From assembly GCA_023139045.1 (NCBI GenBank), contig JAGLOJ010000017.1:11245-75244 (forward strand): 64,000 bases of DNA. Direction: 5' to 3'. Positions 1 to 9,909 of this stretch are shown here, one piece after another. The stretch comes from Candidatus Sabulitectum sp. Lineage in GTDB: Bacteria; Fermentibacterota; Fermentibacteria; Fermentibacterales; JCC-6. The stretch's first letter is position 1. Every line of letters starts with the position of its first letter. The notes beneath the pieces are model-generated. The model was given only the letters and a program-made list of their open reading frames with translations, was not told the origin of the DNA and did no database searches. The position numbers were made by a program, and so were the translations under genes.

Positions 1-700
1 ATGCAAAGTCAATGTTTTTTTCTCCATCAACATCATCCATTGACCAGTCGACCTGAATAACAGGTGTAATGAATCTTGGGTAGAATGCTGCTCCAAGAGA
101 TAGTTCAATTGGTAGAACATCCTCTTCGCCGATACCCATATCGGGTGAGATCAGGTTTCTGGCCACCCCTGCAAGAGTGACCCTTCTTCCAAGTTCTGCC
201 TGAAAGCCGAAATCCGCAGAAATAGCTTTTGCACGAAGACCGTTGGCTGCAAAGAGAGGATCGTACGAGGTAAACTCGTTATCCACATAATCTCTGAACA
301 TATAACGTCCGGTAAAACCGAAAGAAACAGGGAATATCCCCGGTCTGAATGCCAGGGCAAGAAGCCCCTCTCCCTGAGTACACTGATCTGATGCGTTGAG
401 GATATCAGCACCCAGACCGAAGGCGGAGAATCTTGTAATCGGCTGAACATATCCCAATGCTCCATAGTTAATGGAATTCAGATCCATATTCGGATAGAAA
501 CTGGTGTACTCCGTTCCCACCATCATCCTTCCGGACCTGAGAAGACCCGCAGGATTCCACCAGGCAGCCCAGGCATCATCGGCAAGTGCAACGAAGGCTC
601 CGGCCATCCCCATCGCCCGTGCACCGGGATTGAGAACATCGGCATGAGCTATCGAGGTCAGGAAAAGAATCACTGCAAAAATTATTATCTTGCTACGCAT
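1..700 (-). CDS. PorV/FadL-like outer-membrane beta-barrel protein (N-terminal ~233 codons; gene runs off the window start)
   Basis: Absent from the ORF track because there is no stop in the window. ATG at 700 gives signal peptide MRSKIIIFAVILFLTSIAHA, then DVLNPGARAMGMAGAFVALADDAWAAWWNPAGL, the N-terminal signature I associate with PorV/FadL-type barrels. I checked codon by codon that the frame stays open to position 2. The listed ORF 151..465 is in another frame. Confidence 0.6.
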   Translation of the reverse strand, partial: MRSKIIIFAVILFLTSIAHADVLNPGARAMGMAGAFVALADDAWAAWWNPAGLLRSGRMMVGTEYTSFYPNMDLNSINYGALGYVQPITRFSAFGLGADILNASDQCTQGEGLLALAFRPGIFPVSFGFTGRYMFRDYVDNEFTSYDPLFAANGLRAKAISADFGFQAELGRRVTLAGVARNLISPDMGIGEEDVLPIELSLGAAFYPRFITPVIQVDWSMDDVDGEKNIDFA

Positions 701-3700
701 ACTGTTCCCGTCACCTCCCCTGCAGGAGCCATTGCATGGAAAATATATATTCCCGATGGCACTGCACTTCCCACATTATCACGTCCGTCCCACACAGGTT
801 CAGAACTTGCAATGTTTCTCACAGGAACACCTTCGATATTCAAAATTATCAGATTAATAGTTGCGCCCTCCGCTGCCAGCCATACAAACGAAGCAGTGTC
901 ATTTATTCCATCACCGTTTGGAGTGAACGGCGTTGGTATTACGGTCATTCTAAGCGAGAATTCCCGGATAAGACCTATATTAAACTCAGTGTAGAGGTTC
1001 TCTTCCACCAAAGCGGTATCAGAAAAAACCAGATAAGGATCCTGATCAACTTGCAGCGGTACAAACCCCACTGGAACTTCCTCAAAATAGTAATAACCGG
1101 TATTGTCGGTTGCAGCAGTTACTCCAAGGCCAAAAATAGAGACGACTATATCAGCCAGATTCCTTCCTGTATACACATCTGTAAGGATACCTCCAAGGGA
1201 TCCTGTAGGACCCTGAGCCGTAGCAGACGCCATGTTGCCGTAATCACTCTCCCCATTGGGATCTGTGTAGACACATGTTGCCCAGTAGTAATAAGCTATT
1301 CCGTTAACAACCTGGGAATCAGCCCATGCAACCGTATCCGTACTGAATTCAGCAATATGATCAGGTTCCGGAGCAAGAGGGCTAATGGATCTGTAAATTC
1401 TGTAAGATGAAATACCCCTGCCATCAACAGTAGACTCAGGAGGATCCCAGGTCAGGGGTATGAAACCGTCATTACCGCTTTCAGCAACAAGATTCTGAGG
1501 AGGTGCAAATTCACCGGTTACATTGAATGGACCGTAAACGGATGAATTGTTGGTCTCGTCATGCTCAATAACAAGACCATCGGGATCGACCACAGATATC
1601 TGGTATCTGCTACCCGTATCAAAATAGGTGAACCTGTAGCTCCCTTTGAATGAAGCTGTTTCTCCGCTCTCAAGTGGCGGAACATCGAAAAGCACAACCG
1701 GCTGAAAAAGAGTATCCGGATCATGTGTAATGTAGTAAGCGAGCTGAGTTGCCGGTGACGGACCCTCACCATCGTTACTGACAATTACGCTGAAACCAAC
1801 ATTCTGGCCCACAGCGAACGGCGGAGGTGTGTCAGGAGAAGCAATCGACACACTGAGATCGGGATATGCCAGCACAATGGTGAACTGGCTGGATGCATCA
1901 TCAAGCCCTCTGTTGCCGGCACCGGCAACCACATCAACGATATGGGTTCCCGACTGGTTGGGGCACTGCAGTTTGAATTCTGCCGATGCAGTAGAGCTTT
2001 TATAAACCAGATTGCCCAGAAATGCAGGAATGTTAACATCTCCGGAAAACTCTTCCGGTGGATTGAGGGTTGCCCAGGCGCCAACTGCAACATACCCTCC
2101 GCTGTTTACCACTGAAACCGGGATTGTCAACTCACCACCGGGAGGGGCATAGATAGTAGTATCCACGGGGAAAGAAATTGTGAGTTCCGGATCTCTGGCA
2201 AAGCGGTAGACTGCAATGGAGAACTGCTGCTGCTCCGATGGATTGCCGGGATCTGCCCAGGAAATACCGGAAACTCGCACAGTCCATGCTCCCGGCTCAG
2301 GACTCTCCACCACAATCCTTTCAATCGGACTCTGTGAAGTAACACCGGAAGGAAGCTGATAATTGTATTCCACACTGGTGGGTGAAATCAGAGTTATATC
2401 AAGATCGACCTGAATATCAGGGGATGCTGAAGGAACATCCGAGTATCCAAGACCCAGAGATATCCAACTTGTGTATGCGGGAACATACAAAGTCCATTGT
2501 CTGAATCCGGCTCCTTCCACGACAACTCCATTTATCCACAATAACCTATCAACTTCTTCCGAGAAATAGGTTCCGGGAAGGTGGTATCCGTCCAGGAGAC
2601 CATAACCACTGGTAGCTGTTGCATAACCTGATTCAGGAGACCCCGTGTTGCTCTTCAGTGGAATTGCACAGGCTGCTATTATGGCCATTGCATCCTCCGG
2701 ATTGAAAAGCTCTCCGTACTTCTCCTCGCATATTGCCAGAGCAGCAGAGACAAATGCTGCAGCCATGCTGGTGCCTGTAAACCGGGTATATGAAGGTTCG
2801 CCGGGCCACCGGTTCAGCGGATCATCAAGCCACTGGCCTCCATACTGTGCATTTGTTGTTGCAACTCCGTTCTGCATAGTTGACTCAAAATATTCCCCTC
2901 CAGGGGCAAGTATCTCAGGTTTAAGCCGCCCGTCTGCCGTAGGACCTCTTCCGCTGTACGAGGCAACAAAAACATTGCCGCCATTATCCGGCAGGAAGGA
3001 AACAGCTCCTACGGTAATTGCATTTCTTGAAATTGCCGGAGATGGAATCGCACCCGGAGCCGGGTTGTTACCGGAACTGAAAATAGAAATTCCACCGCTT
3101 CTTGCATGGGTATCTACGATCTGACAGAATTCATCGTAAGAAGTTGAACCGTCAAAACCCCAGGAGTTGTTAAGAATGAAGCAGTCGTTTGAGAAAAACT
3201 CAGTGTAGAATCCGGCAAATTGAGCAGCAGTCATTGACTCCGGTCTCCGAATCACATAAAGCCGGACATCCGGAGCGCCACCGCTTCCGTTAAATTCACA
3301 CTCCAGATCAACGTCTCCTCTGGAAGCAATAACACCGCAAACGGCGGTTCCGTGACCATCAGTATCAACAGGCCCGACAATCACTGCACCTGCCAGATCG
3401 GGATGCTCTGACCAGACACCGGTGTCGAGAACACCAACCCGCACACCCAGACCGGTGTAGTAGGTCCACAGATCCGGTAATCCGGTTACCTGGCGGCTGT
3501 CGTCAGCCTGGGCATCGAGAGAGTGAGAATAAGCGGTTTGCGATCTGTCGGGAACTGCAGAAAGGGCGCCCTGCTCAACTGGAGTCGAAACCAGCCACCA
3601 TTGATCCAACATAGCAGTGCCTCCCGGCGGGATAAAACCTGGTGCCATCCTTACCAGCCATCCGCCGGTCCAGTGACGATCTCCGGGAAGAACTGCATCT

Positions 3701-4113
3701 TCCCAGGACCATTTCGCAATGGTTCTGGCAAATCCCGAACCTCTGAGAGCAACAACAGCCGGATTTTCCCCAATGACAGCCACAAAGCTATTTTCAGCCG
3801 GTGCAAAACCAACCGGCCACAGCCCGGCTTGATCAAGAACAGCAAGATCGTATGGAGTTAGAGATCGATAGACTTCAACGAGCACAAGGTCTCCGGGGGA
3901 ACCGGGAATAGAACCGGTTAATAACGGACCGGATACATTGTCTGTGGAAATGGATATGTAGTGGCTGTCTGACTCCCTGAGTAGGCTCTGCCGATCCTCA
4001 TTACCCATAAGTGACAAGTCTTCAAGGGTAAGCAGATCAATCGATTCGGTAACCGGATAATCAGCAGTTGAAAAGAATGCCAGCAGCAAAATAGAAAAAA
4101 CAGTCATAGCCAC
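685..4113 (-). CDS. Secreted multidomain subtilisin-like (S8) serine protease with C-terminal sorting-type domain
   Basis: Signal peptide MAMTVFSILLLAFFSTA. Subtilase triad motifs GVLDTGV (Asp), HGTAVCGVIAS (His), GTSMAAAFVSAALA (Ser). CARDB-like, Fn3-like (PPQNLVAESG..YRIYRS) and CarboxypepD_reg-like (GILTDVYTG..YYYFEEVP) segments follow. The last ~85 aa carry FTPNGDGINDT...WDGRDNVGSAVPSGIYIF (FlgD-Ig / T9SS type-B-like CTD). Confidence 0.9.
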   Translation of the reverse strand: MAMTVFSILLLAFFSTADYPVTESIDLLTLEDLSLMGNEDRQSLLRESDSHYISISTDNVSGPLLTGSIPGSPGDLVLVEVYRSLTPYDLAVLDQAGLWPVGFAPAENSFVAVIGENPAVVALRGSGFARTIAKWSWEDAVLPGDRHWTGGWLVRMAPGFIPPGGTAMLDQWWLVSTPVEQGALSAVPDRSQTAYSHSLDAQADDSRQVTGLPDLWTYYTGLGVRVGVLDTGVWSEHPDLAGAVIVGPVDTDGHGTAVCGVIASRGDVDLECEFNGSGGAPDVRLYVIRRPESMTAAQFAGFYTEFFSNDCFILNNSWGFDGSTSYDEFCQIVDTHARSGGISIFSSGNNPAPGAIPSPAISRNAITVGAVSFLPDNGGNVFVASYSGRGPTADGRLKPEILAPGGEYFESTMQNGVATTNAQYGGQWLDDPLNRWPGEPSYTRFTGTSMAAAFVSAALAICEEKYGELFNPEDAMAIIAACAIPLKSNTGSPESGYATATSGYGLLDGYHLPGTYFSEEVDRLLWINGVVVEGAGFRQWTLYVPAYTSWISLGLGYSDVPSASPDIQVDLDITLISPTSVEYNYQLPSGVTSQSPIERIVVESPEPGAWTVRVSGISWADPGNPSEQQQFSIAVYRFARDPELTISFPVDTTIYAPPGGELTIPVSVVNSGGYVAVGAWATLNPPEEFSGDVNIPAFLGNLVYKSSTASAEFKLQCPNQSGTHIVDVVAGAGNRGLDDASSQFTIVLAYPDLSVSIASPDTPPPFAVGQNVGFSVIVSNDGEGPSPATQLAYYITHDPDTLFQPVVLFDVPPLESGETASFKGSYRFTYFDTGSRYQISVVDPDGLVIEHDETNNSSVYGPFNVTGEFAPPQNLVAESGNDGFIPLTWDPPESTVDGRGISSYRIYRSISPLAPEPDHIAEFSTDTVAWADSQVVNGIAYYYWATCVYTDPNGESDYGNMASATAQGPTGSLGGILTDVYTGRNLADIVVSIFGLGVTAATDNTGYYYFEEVPVGFVPLQVDQDPYLVFSDTALVEENLYTEFNIGLIREFSLRMTVIPTPFTPNGDGINDTASFVWLAAEGATINLIILNIEGVPVRNIASSEPVWDGRDNVGSAVPSGIYIFHAMAPAGEVTGTVCVAR

Positions 4114-4182
4114 TCCTATTTGTAGTTAATCGTACACGTAGAAATACTATAAATAGTATTGGCTCGTCAAGCACTTACAAGG

Positions 4183-4219
4183 AAAAAACAGGAGCAATCT
4201 GCTTTTTGTTGCCCCTGTT
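4183..4219 (-). terminator. Rho-independent terminator downstream of folD
   Basis: Minus-strand hairpin AACAGGGGCAA-N11-TTGCTCCTGTT (11 bp with one G-U pair) followed by TTTTTT, about 20 nt after the folD stop. Confidence 0.6.
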
Positions 4220-4239
4220 CCCGGTAAATTAGTGGTATT

Positions 4240-5085
4240 TTATTTTACCGGCAGCTTGCTTCTGGCTTTGAAAGTATTTTCAAGAAGAAAAGCAATTGTA
4301 AGCGGTCCCACGCCTCCGGGAACCGGAGTAATTGCGGAACAGATGCTGGAAACTTCGTCGTAAGCAACATCTCCAACCAGTTTTCCGTCACTGTTTCTGT
4401 TCATTCCAACATCCACAACGACTGCACCATGCTTAACCCAGCCCCCTTTTATCATTTCCGCCCTGCCAACGGCAACAATAAGGATGTCTGCCCTGAGACA
4501 CTGTTCCTTCAGATCAACGGTACGACTGTGCGCGACAGTTACTGTACAGTTTTCCCTGAGAAGAAGAGCGGCCATGGGTTTTCCAACAATGTTGGACCTC
4601 CCCACAATAAGGGCATTTTTGCCGGACATGGCGATGTCATGATGGTGGAGAAGCTCCACGATACCAGAAGGAGTACACGGGAAAAGACCGTCTTCACCTC
4701 TCCACAATCTTCCTACATTAACAGGGTGAAAACCGTCAACATCTTTTTCAGGCAGTACAGCTGAAGCTATCCTGTCATCTGAAATGTGATCGGGAAGAGG
4801 AAGCTGAACCAGAATGCCATGAACTGAATTATCAGCATTGAGTTCATCAATAAGGCTCAGAATATCTTTTTCTGTCACTTCAGCAGGCAGGCAGATTACC
4901 CTGCTGCTATAACCGACCTTCTTACAAGCCTTTTCTTTTGCTCCAACATAAACCCTGCTGGCCGGATTATCACCAACCATAATTACGGCAAGCCCCGGAG
5001 GCGATCCATCAAGCCCGTTGACACGATCTCTCAGTGAAGCTCTAACAACTCTGGCGTATTTCCTGCCGGAAAGAACAAGAGACAT
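4240..5085 (-). CDS. folD: Bifunctional methylenetetrahydrofolate dehydrogenase/cyclohydrolase
   Basis: FolD-like motifs GDNPASRVYVGAKEKA, VGRSNIVGKPMAALL and PVPGGVGPLT. I start it at the internal Met (MSLVLSGRKYA, 5085) because the longer ORF would overlap the rplU stop at 5090. Confidence 0.9.
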   Translation of the reverse strand: MSLVLSGRKYARVVRASLRDRVNGLDGSPPGLAVIMVGDNPASRVYVGAKEKACKKVGYSSRVICLPAEVTEKDILSLIDELNADNSVHGILVQLPLPDHISDDRIASAVLPEKDVDGFHPVNVGRLWRGEDGLFPCTPSGIVELLHHHDIAMSGKNALIVGRSNIVGKPMAALLLRENCTVTVAHSRTVDLKEQCLRADILIVAVGRAEMIKGGWVKHGAVVVDVGMNRNSDGKLVGDVAYDEVSSICSAITPVPGGVGPLTIAFLLENTFKARSKLPVK

Positions 5086-5089
5086 AGTT

Positions 5090-5404
5090 CTAGCCTTTTG
5101 TGATCTTTTCAATAAGAACCCAGGTCTGGTGCTGTCTGTGACCTGTTTTTCTCTGGTATCCCTTGCGTCTCTTGCGCTTGAAAATTACAATCTTGGGCCC
5201 CTTGGACTGCTCGACGATCTTGGCCATAACCTTGATACCATCGATGAACGGGTGTCCCACAACAACTTTATCGTCTTTTGCAACAAGAAGCACTTCCTCG
5301 AAAACGTGAGAAGCACCCTCTTCGCCTGTAAGGCGAGGAACCATCAATTTCATGCCCGGCTCAACTCTTAACTGAGTTCCACCTGTTTTTATGATCGCGT
5401 ACAA
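5090..5404 (-). CDS. rplU: 50S ribosomal protein L21
   Basis: 104 aa with typical L21 N-terminus (M)YAIIKTGGTQLRVEPG and basic C-terminus. TTG start at 5404 is preceded by GGAGG at 6-nt spacing. Confidence 0.95.
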   Translation of the reverse strand: MYAIIKTGGTQLRVEPGMKLMVPRLTGEEGASHVFEEVLLVAKDDKVVVGHPFIDGIKVMAKIVEQSKGPKIVIFKRKRRKGYQRKTGHRQHQTWVLIEKITKG

Positions 5405-5502
5405 ACTGTACCTCCATTTATATTAGCACCAATACGCCAATAATACGTATTCCAATTACTTATCAGAACTGCGCAGACTTATACTAATTCAACCCTTCAA
5501 GG

Positions 5503-7050
5503 TCAAGTTCTTGAATCTGGTGAATACAAATCGGTGACCTCTTCATGCGAATCAAGAGAAAACACCTTGAACTCCGCCTGAAGCAGCCTCTCATCCTCAT
5601 GAACATGGACTGAAAGTCTGTCACTTCTTGTGGTGAGATACTCAAGTCGTTTTCCGTCATCCTCCATAAGATATTTTGCCACAACAGGATTTACAGTGAC
5701 CACAAGATTCGTGTCTTTCTTTCCATTGGCGGCCCTCCCCAGAAAACGCTCAATTCCTGTTAGAACGCTTACCGGCGTTTGAATTCGACCTGTACCGGCG
5801 CAGTGTTCGCAAGAAATTGACATGGATTGAACAAGACTGGGGCGCACCCGTTTCCTTGTCATCTCCACCAGACCCATAGGACTGATCTGACAGGTTTTTG
5901 TAGGAGATCTGTCTCTTCCCAGTTCACCTCTAAGGCAATTTACTACCTTATCACGATGAGATGGGTTGTCCATATCAATGAAGTCAATGACAATTATACC
6001 GCCGAGATCCCTAAGGCGTAACTGGCGGGCTACCTCACTGGCAGCTTCCATATTGGTCTTCAAGATTGTGTCTTCCTGTCTTCGGCGCCCAACATACCGC
6101 TTGGTATTCACATCAATTGCAACAAGAGCCTCAGTGTGATCAATAACAATTGATCCTCCGCTTTTCAACAGAACTTCTCTGCGTACAAGGCCGGAAATTT
6201 CCTTCTCTATACCGAAATGGTCAAAAATTGGTGTCTTGCCCCTGTAGAATTTCACCTTTTTTGCCACATCAGGATCAAATGCTTTCAAATACTTCCTGAT
6301 CTGGTTTGCAACAATCCTTGAATCACACACGATGGAGTTCACATCAGGAGAAACAAGATCCCGTACAGTCATCGTTATAAGATCGTGCTCCTGATGAAGA
6401 AGAGCCGGTGCCTTGGATTTAACAGTAAGAGCACCAATGTCCTTCCACTTGTTCACAATCCTTTCAACATCAGTTCTGAAACTTTCTTCGTCCTTATCGA
6501 TTCCAGCAGTTCTGGCGATAATTCCAAAGCCCTCGGTTCTTACCTGCTGGATAATCTTTCTCAGTCGGCTTTTTTCCAGACGGTCAGTTATTTTTCTGGA
6601 AACTCCCGCAACCGAATCTCCGGGCATACTGACAACATAACGCCCGGCAATGCTTATTCTGGTGCTCACTCTGGCACCCTTTGTTCCGATGGGCTCTTTG
6701 GTCACTTGAACAAGAATTCTCCTGCCCTTCTCCAGAACCTTCTCAATAGGCCTGCGAGTCTCATCAGATTTCGGTGGTTTTCCGTCAATTAAAGCCCTTG
6801 CAAAACTATTTTCGTCTACCAGCTTCTCGCGTACATCAGACACATGGAGGAAGGCACTTCTCTCCAGTCCTATATCCACAAAAGCAGCCTGCATCCCGGG
6901 GAGTACTGCATTGATCCTGCCCAGATAGATGTTTCCGACTATATGCTTGTCGTCTGCCATTTCGACGATAAGTTCCATAAGTCTGCCATCTTCCACAACA
7001 GCGATTCGAGTGACTTCCGGATGCTGGTTGACTATAAAATCAACCTTCAT
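5503..7050 (-). CDS. rng: Ribonuclease G (RNase E/G family)
   Basis: 515 aa. N-terminal S1 domain (GNIYLGRINAVLPGMQAAFVDIG), then an RNase E/G catalytic core (ALVAIDVNT.., GGIIVIDFIDM). Size fits RNase G rather than RNase E. Confidence 0.9.
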   Translation of the reverse strand: MKVDFIVNQHPEVTRIAVVEDGRLMELIVEMADDKHIVGNIYLGRINAVLPGMQAAFVDIGLERSAFLHVSDVREKLVDENSFARALIDGKPPKSDETRRPIEKVLEKGRRILVQVTKEPIGTKGARVSTRISIAGRYVVSMPGDSVAGVSRKITDRLEKSRLRKIIQQVRTEGFGIIARTAGIDKDEESFRTDVERIVNKWKDIGALTVKSKAPALLHQEHDLITMTVRDLVSPDVNSIVCDSRIVANQIRKYLKAFDPDVAKKVKFYRGKTPIFDHFGIEKEISGLVRREVLLKSGGSIVIDHTEALVAIDVNTKRYVGRRRQEDTILKTNMEAASEVARQLRLRDLGGIIVIDFIDMDNPSHRDKVVNCLRGELGRDRSPTKTCQISPMGLVEMTRKRVRPSLVQSMSISCEHCAGTGRIQTPVSVLTGIERFLGRAANGKKDTNLVVTVNPVVAKYLMEDDGKRLEYLTTRSDRLSVHVHEDERLLQAEFKVFSLDSHEEVTDLYSPDSRT

Positions 7051-9403
7051 TATTTATTTCTCCCTCAGTTACGGTCATGAGCGGCACAAATCGCCCCGCC
7101 TGATCCGCAACGTAAATGTTACTTTTGACAATAGACCCCCATCTCACTCCTGCAGCCTCCAAGACCCTGTCAGGTCTGGAACTCCCTTTGTGAGGATCAG
7201 AGACTATACACACCTTACTGCTATTTATAACTTCGATGGATGAAACGAGTTCATTTCCTCTCAGGTAGTCAACCAGCTTAACAGTATCATCAACACCATC
7301 TATAATATACTCTGCCGCAACAGTCAAAGAACCAGGCGATCTGTACTTCCCGGAAATCTTCTTCAAAGCGGCTACCCTGAAGCCTTCAGGAAGCGCCTGA
7401 GAAAGAGAATTCAATACTCTGTGAAGGTCAACAGATTCCATCAGCTGGAAGTCAAGAAACTCGCTGTCACTACCCATACCAAGAGGAACAGGTGGCGAGA
7501 AAACAAGTTTCATCCGCCTTGCAAAACCAGAACTGTAGTATACGGGAAGACCACTTCTCCTCAGGGCTCTTGTCCACATTCTCACCATATCCAGGTGGGA
7601 TGTATATCGTGAAAGACCAGTCTTTGAATATCTCAGGCGAATTCTCTCAACAGGCAGAATCCCGATAGAATGCACATTTGTACCGTCATGAGTGACCAAC
7701 TCAGGAAAAGGCAGCACGTTCCCGTCACAGCCGCCGCAGTCACTGCAACCGGCTTCTCTGCAATCGGGAAGAATCTCCTCTCTAAGAGAACGCTCATGCT
7801 CCCGGATAAGCCACTTTCTGTTTATGCCTGTGTCCACAAAATTCCATGGGAGCCGGTCTTCGATATGGAAGCCAGTCGGCTGCTTTCCACCAATCAGCTT
7901 CTCCCATACATCCCAGCGAAACAGGTCACTCCAGGCGTCAAAAACAGCACCTTCCCGGTAAGCTCTCTCAAGAATATCCTGAGAATCCTTTCCTCCGGTA
8001 CACAGAAAGTACTCTACAACGGAAACTTTCGGGTCGTTCCATGCAACTTTGGCTCTTTTACAGTTACTCCTTACAAGCTGGATTCTTCTCCAGAGTTCTT
8101 CGTGCCCGGGCTGATCAGACCATTGGAACGGTGTATGGGGCTTCGGGACAAATGGTGAAATAGCAGCGGTAACCTTTCTTTTCTTTCCCATGATTTTCGC
8201 TACAGAGTCTGCCAGGGCTGCTATTGCCAGAACATCCTCATCAGTCTCACCGGGAAGACCAACCATGAAATAGAGTTTGATCCCGCGAGCACCCATCCGT
8301 GAAGCAGTCTCTGCAGCCTGGATTATTTCATCACGGGACAGCGGTTTGTTGATGATTCTCCTCATCCGTTCACTCCCGGCCTCCGGAGCCATTGTCAGGC
8401 TGCCCTTGAAGAATTTTCTGCTGCTGAGCCCGGGAAGAGTATCAGGTCTCAGAGATGGCTGGGATATTCTGACATGCATCTCTTCCTCAAGCACGCCAAA
8501 CCCGGCAAGCAGTTCATTCAATCTGGAGTAATCGCTGAAAGAAAGAGTAAGCACCCCCGCCTGTTCCCATCCTGTACTGTTAACCGATCCACTGATGAGC
8601 TCAAGGATGTCTTCCGGTGATCTTTCCCGAACCGGCCTTGATAACTGTGAAGCCTGGCAGAACCGGCAGCCACGAGTACAACCCCTTGAAATTTCAACAA
8701 CCGCCCGGTCATGAGCAACCGTGGCTATGGGCACAATCTGCTTCACAGGAGCATCTTTAATCTCCAGTTTCTCAGCGATTGCCCAGCGGACAGTCTGGCC
8801 GGTATGGTACTTCGGAACCAGCACTGAAGGAAGAGCCGCAGCTCTGATCAGTTTTTCGTCCCGATCGAGGTTGGAGCACAGTATTTTCATCAATGGCAGA
8901 AGTCCTGCTTCAGCTTCACCAAGAAAAAAAACATCAACAAAAGGCATGAGGGGCACAGGATTAGCCAGCCCTCCACCGCCTGCCAGAATGATGGGATCAC
9001 TGTGACTGCGGTGTTCAGAGCGCAGCTCGAGCTTCATAAGATCCAGAAGAGAAAGAACATTGGTAAAGAGAATTTCTGTTGAGATTCCGAACCCGACCAC
9101 AACACTTTCAGAAATGGGATCCCCTGCCTCCAGATCAAGCCATTCAAGATCTCTTTCCCTCATTATTCGATACATATCACCAGCAGGATGAAACCCGCGT
9201 CTTACAGAATATTCTCCAGCTTCAAGCAACAGATGACGAACGACTTTAAGGCCGAAATTGGCAGCTCCAAGCTCGTACGTGTCAGGATACACCAAAGTTA
9301 CGCGTGAACCTGACATTTCAGTGAAAGCGTTGTACTCAAGCCCTATGTACTGCTGCGGTCGATTCACCTCTTTCAAAGCATCAAGCATCATACCTTTTCT
9401 CAA
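7040..9403 (-). CDS. Radical SAM protein of the uncharacterised B12-binding-domain family, fused to its usual DUF2344-like partner domain
   Basis: 787 aa. CxxxCxxC cluster motif GCTRGCRFCQAS. The C-terminal ~230 aa (RLRYSKTG..SHLD..R) resemble the radical-SAM-associated domain usually linked to this family. Overlaps the rng start by 11 nt. Confidence 0.8.
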   Translation of the reverse strand: MRKGMMLDALKEVNRPQQYIGLEYNAFTEMSGSRVTLVYPDTYELGAANFGLKVVRHLLLEAGEYSVRRGFHPAGDMYRIMRERDLEWLDLEAGDPISESVVVGFGISTEILFTNVLSLLDLMKLELRSEHRSHSDPIILAGGGGLANPVPLMPFVDVFFLGEAEAGLLPLMKILCSNLDRDEKLIRAAALPSVLVPKYHTGQTVRWAIAEKLEIKDAPVKQIVPIATVAHDRAVVEISRGCTRGCRFCQASQLSRPVRERSPEDILELISGSVNSTGWEQAGVLTLSFSDYSRLNELLAGFGVLEEEMHVRISQPSLRPDTLPGLSSRKFFKGSLTMAPEAGSERMRRIINKPLSRDEIIQAAETASRMGARGIKLYFMVGLPGETDEDVLAIAALADSVAKIMGKKRKVTAAISPFVPKPHTPFQWSDQPGHEELWRRIQLVRSNCKRAKVAWNDPKVSVVEYFLCTGGKDSQDILERAYREGAVFDAWSDLFRWDVWEKLIGGKQPTGFHIEDRLPWNFVDTGINRKWLIREHERSLREEILPDCREAGCSDCGGCDGNVLPFPELVTHDGTNVHSIGILPVERIRLRYSKTGLSRYTSHLDMVRMWTRALRRSGLPVYYSSGFARRMKLVFSPPVPLGMGSDSEFLDFQLMESVDLHRVLNSLSQALPEGFRVAALKKISGKYRSPGSLTVAAEYIIDGVDDTVKLVDYLRGNELVSSIEVINSSKVCIVSDPHKGSSRPDRVLEAAGVRWGSIVKSNIYVADQAGRFVPLMTVTEGEINNEG

Positions 9404-9909
9404 ATCCAGAAAGAAACCTCCTGAGAAACAGGATTACTGAACAAACCACCTGCTCTTGTATTGCTCACAGAGAGATCCAGAGCCATTTTCTTTGTGAGAG
9501 CTTCATCTGTATCCTTCAGATATCCAAATCGCCAGAGAACGCTGTAACGCAACGATTCCACAGGAAAACCTCTGCGCTTCAGAAGATCTGTCCAGTTCTC
9601 ACTTACACTGTCAACATAGTCACGAACAACAATCCCTACCCATTGCAGTTCCGGATCCTCCCCTGCCAGAGAGAAATCTTTCCCGGTGAAGAGCCATAAT
9701 TGCTTATTGGGATTTACGATGTCGGTAAAATGACCGATCAACTCGGAAACGGCATTCCTTCCACCGCTGGAGACTTCAAACTCCCACAGATCATGCCGTT
9801 GGAGTTTCAGTGGAGGAAGCTGAAGCCTCATTGCCCTGATTGCATTGAGAGCAGTTACTGCCTGGGGATCAGGTGTTTTCAACCTTATCGCAATCTGAAT
9901 ACTATCCAT
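9400..9909 (-). CDS. purS: PurS-like protein, apparently a tandem duplication of the ~80-aa PurS fold
   Basis: 169 aa directly upstream of purQ and purL with overlapping or abutting junctions. Both halves show a PurS-like pattern (IRLKTPDPQAVTALNAI...VNPNKQ and VVRDYVDSVSENW...FSNPVSQE). The assignment rests mainly on context. Confidence 0.55.
   Translation of the reverse strand: MDSIQIAIRLKTPDPQAVTALNAIRAMRLQLPPLKLQRHDLWEFEVSSGGRNAVSELIGHFTDIVNPNKQLWLFTGKDFSLAGEDPELQWVGIVVRDYVDSVSENWTDLLKRRGFPVESLRYSVLWRFGYLKDTDEALTKKMALDLSVSNTRAGGLFSNPVSQEVSFWI

Noticed and set aside
151-465. Track ORF of 104 aa on the minus strand near the window start.
   Set aside because: It is in a different frame from the open, motif-bearing PorV-like reading frame that starts at 700 and spans the whole region, so it is treated as spurious.
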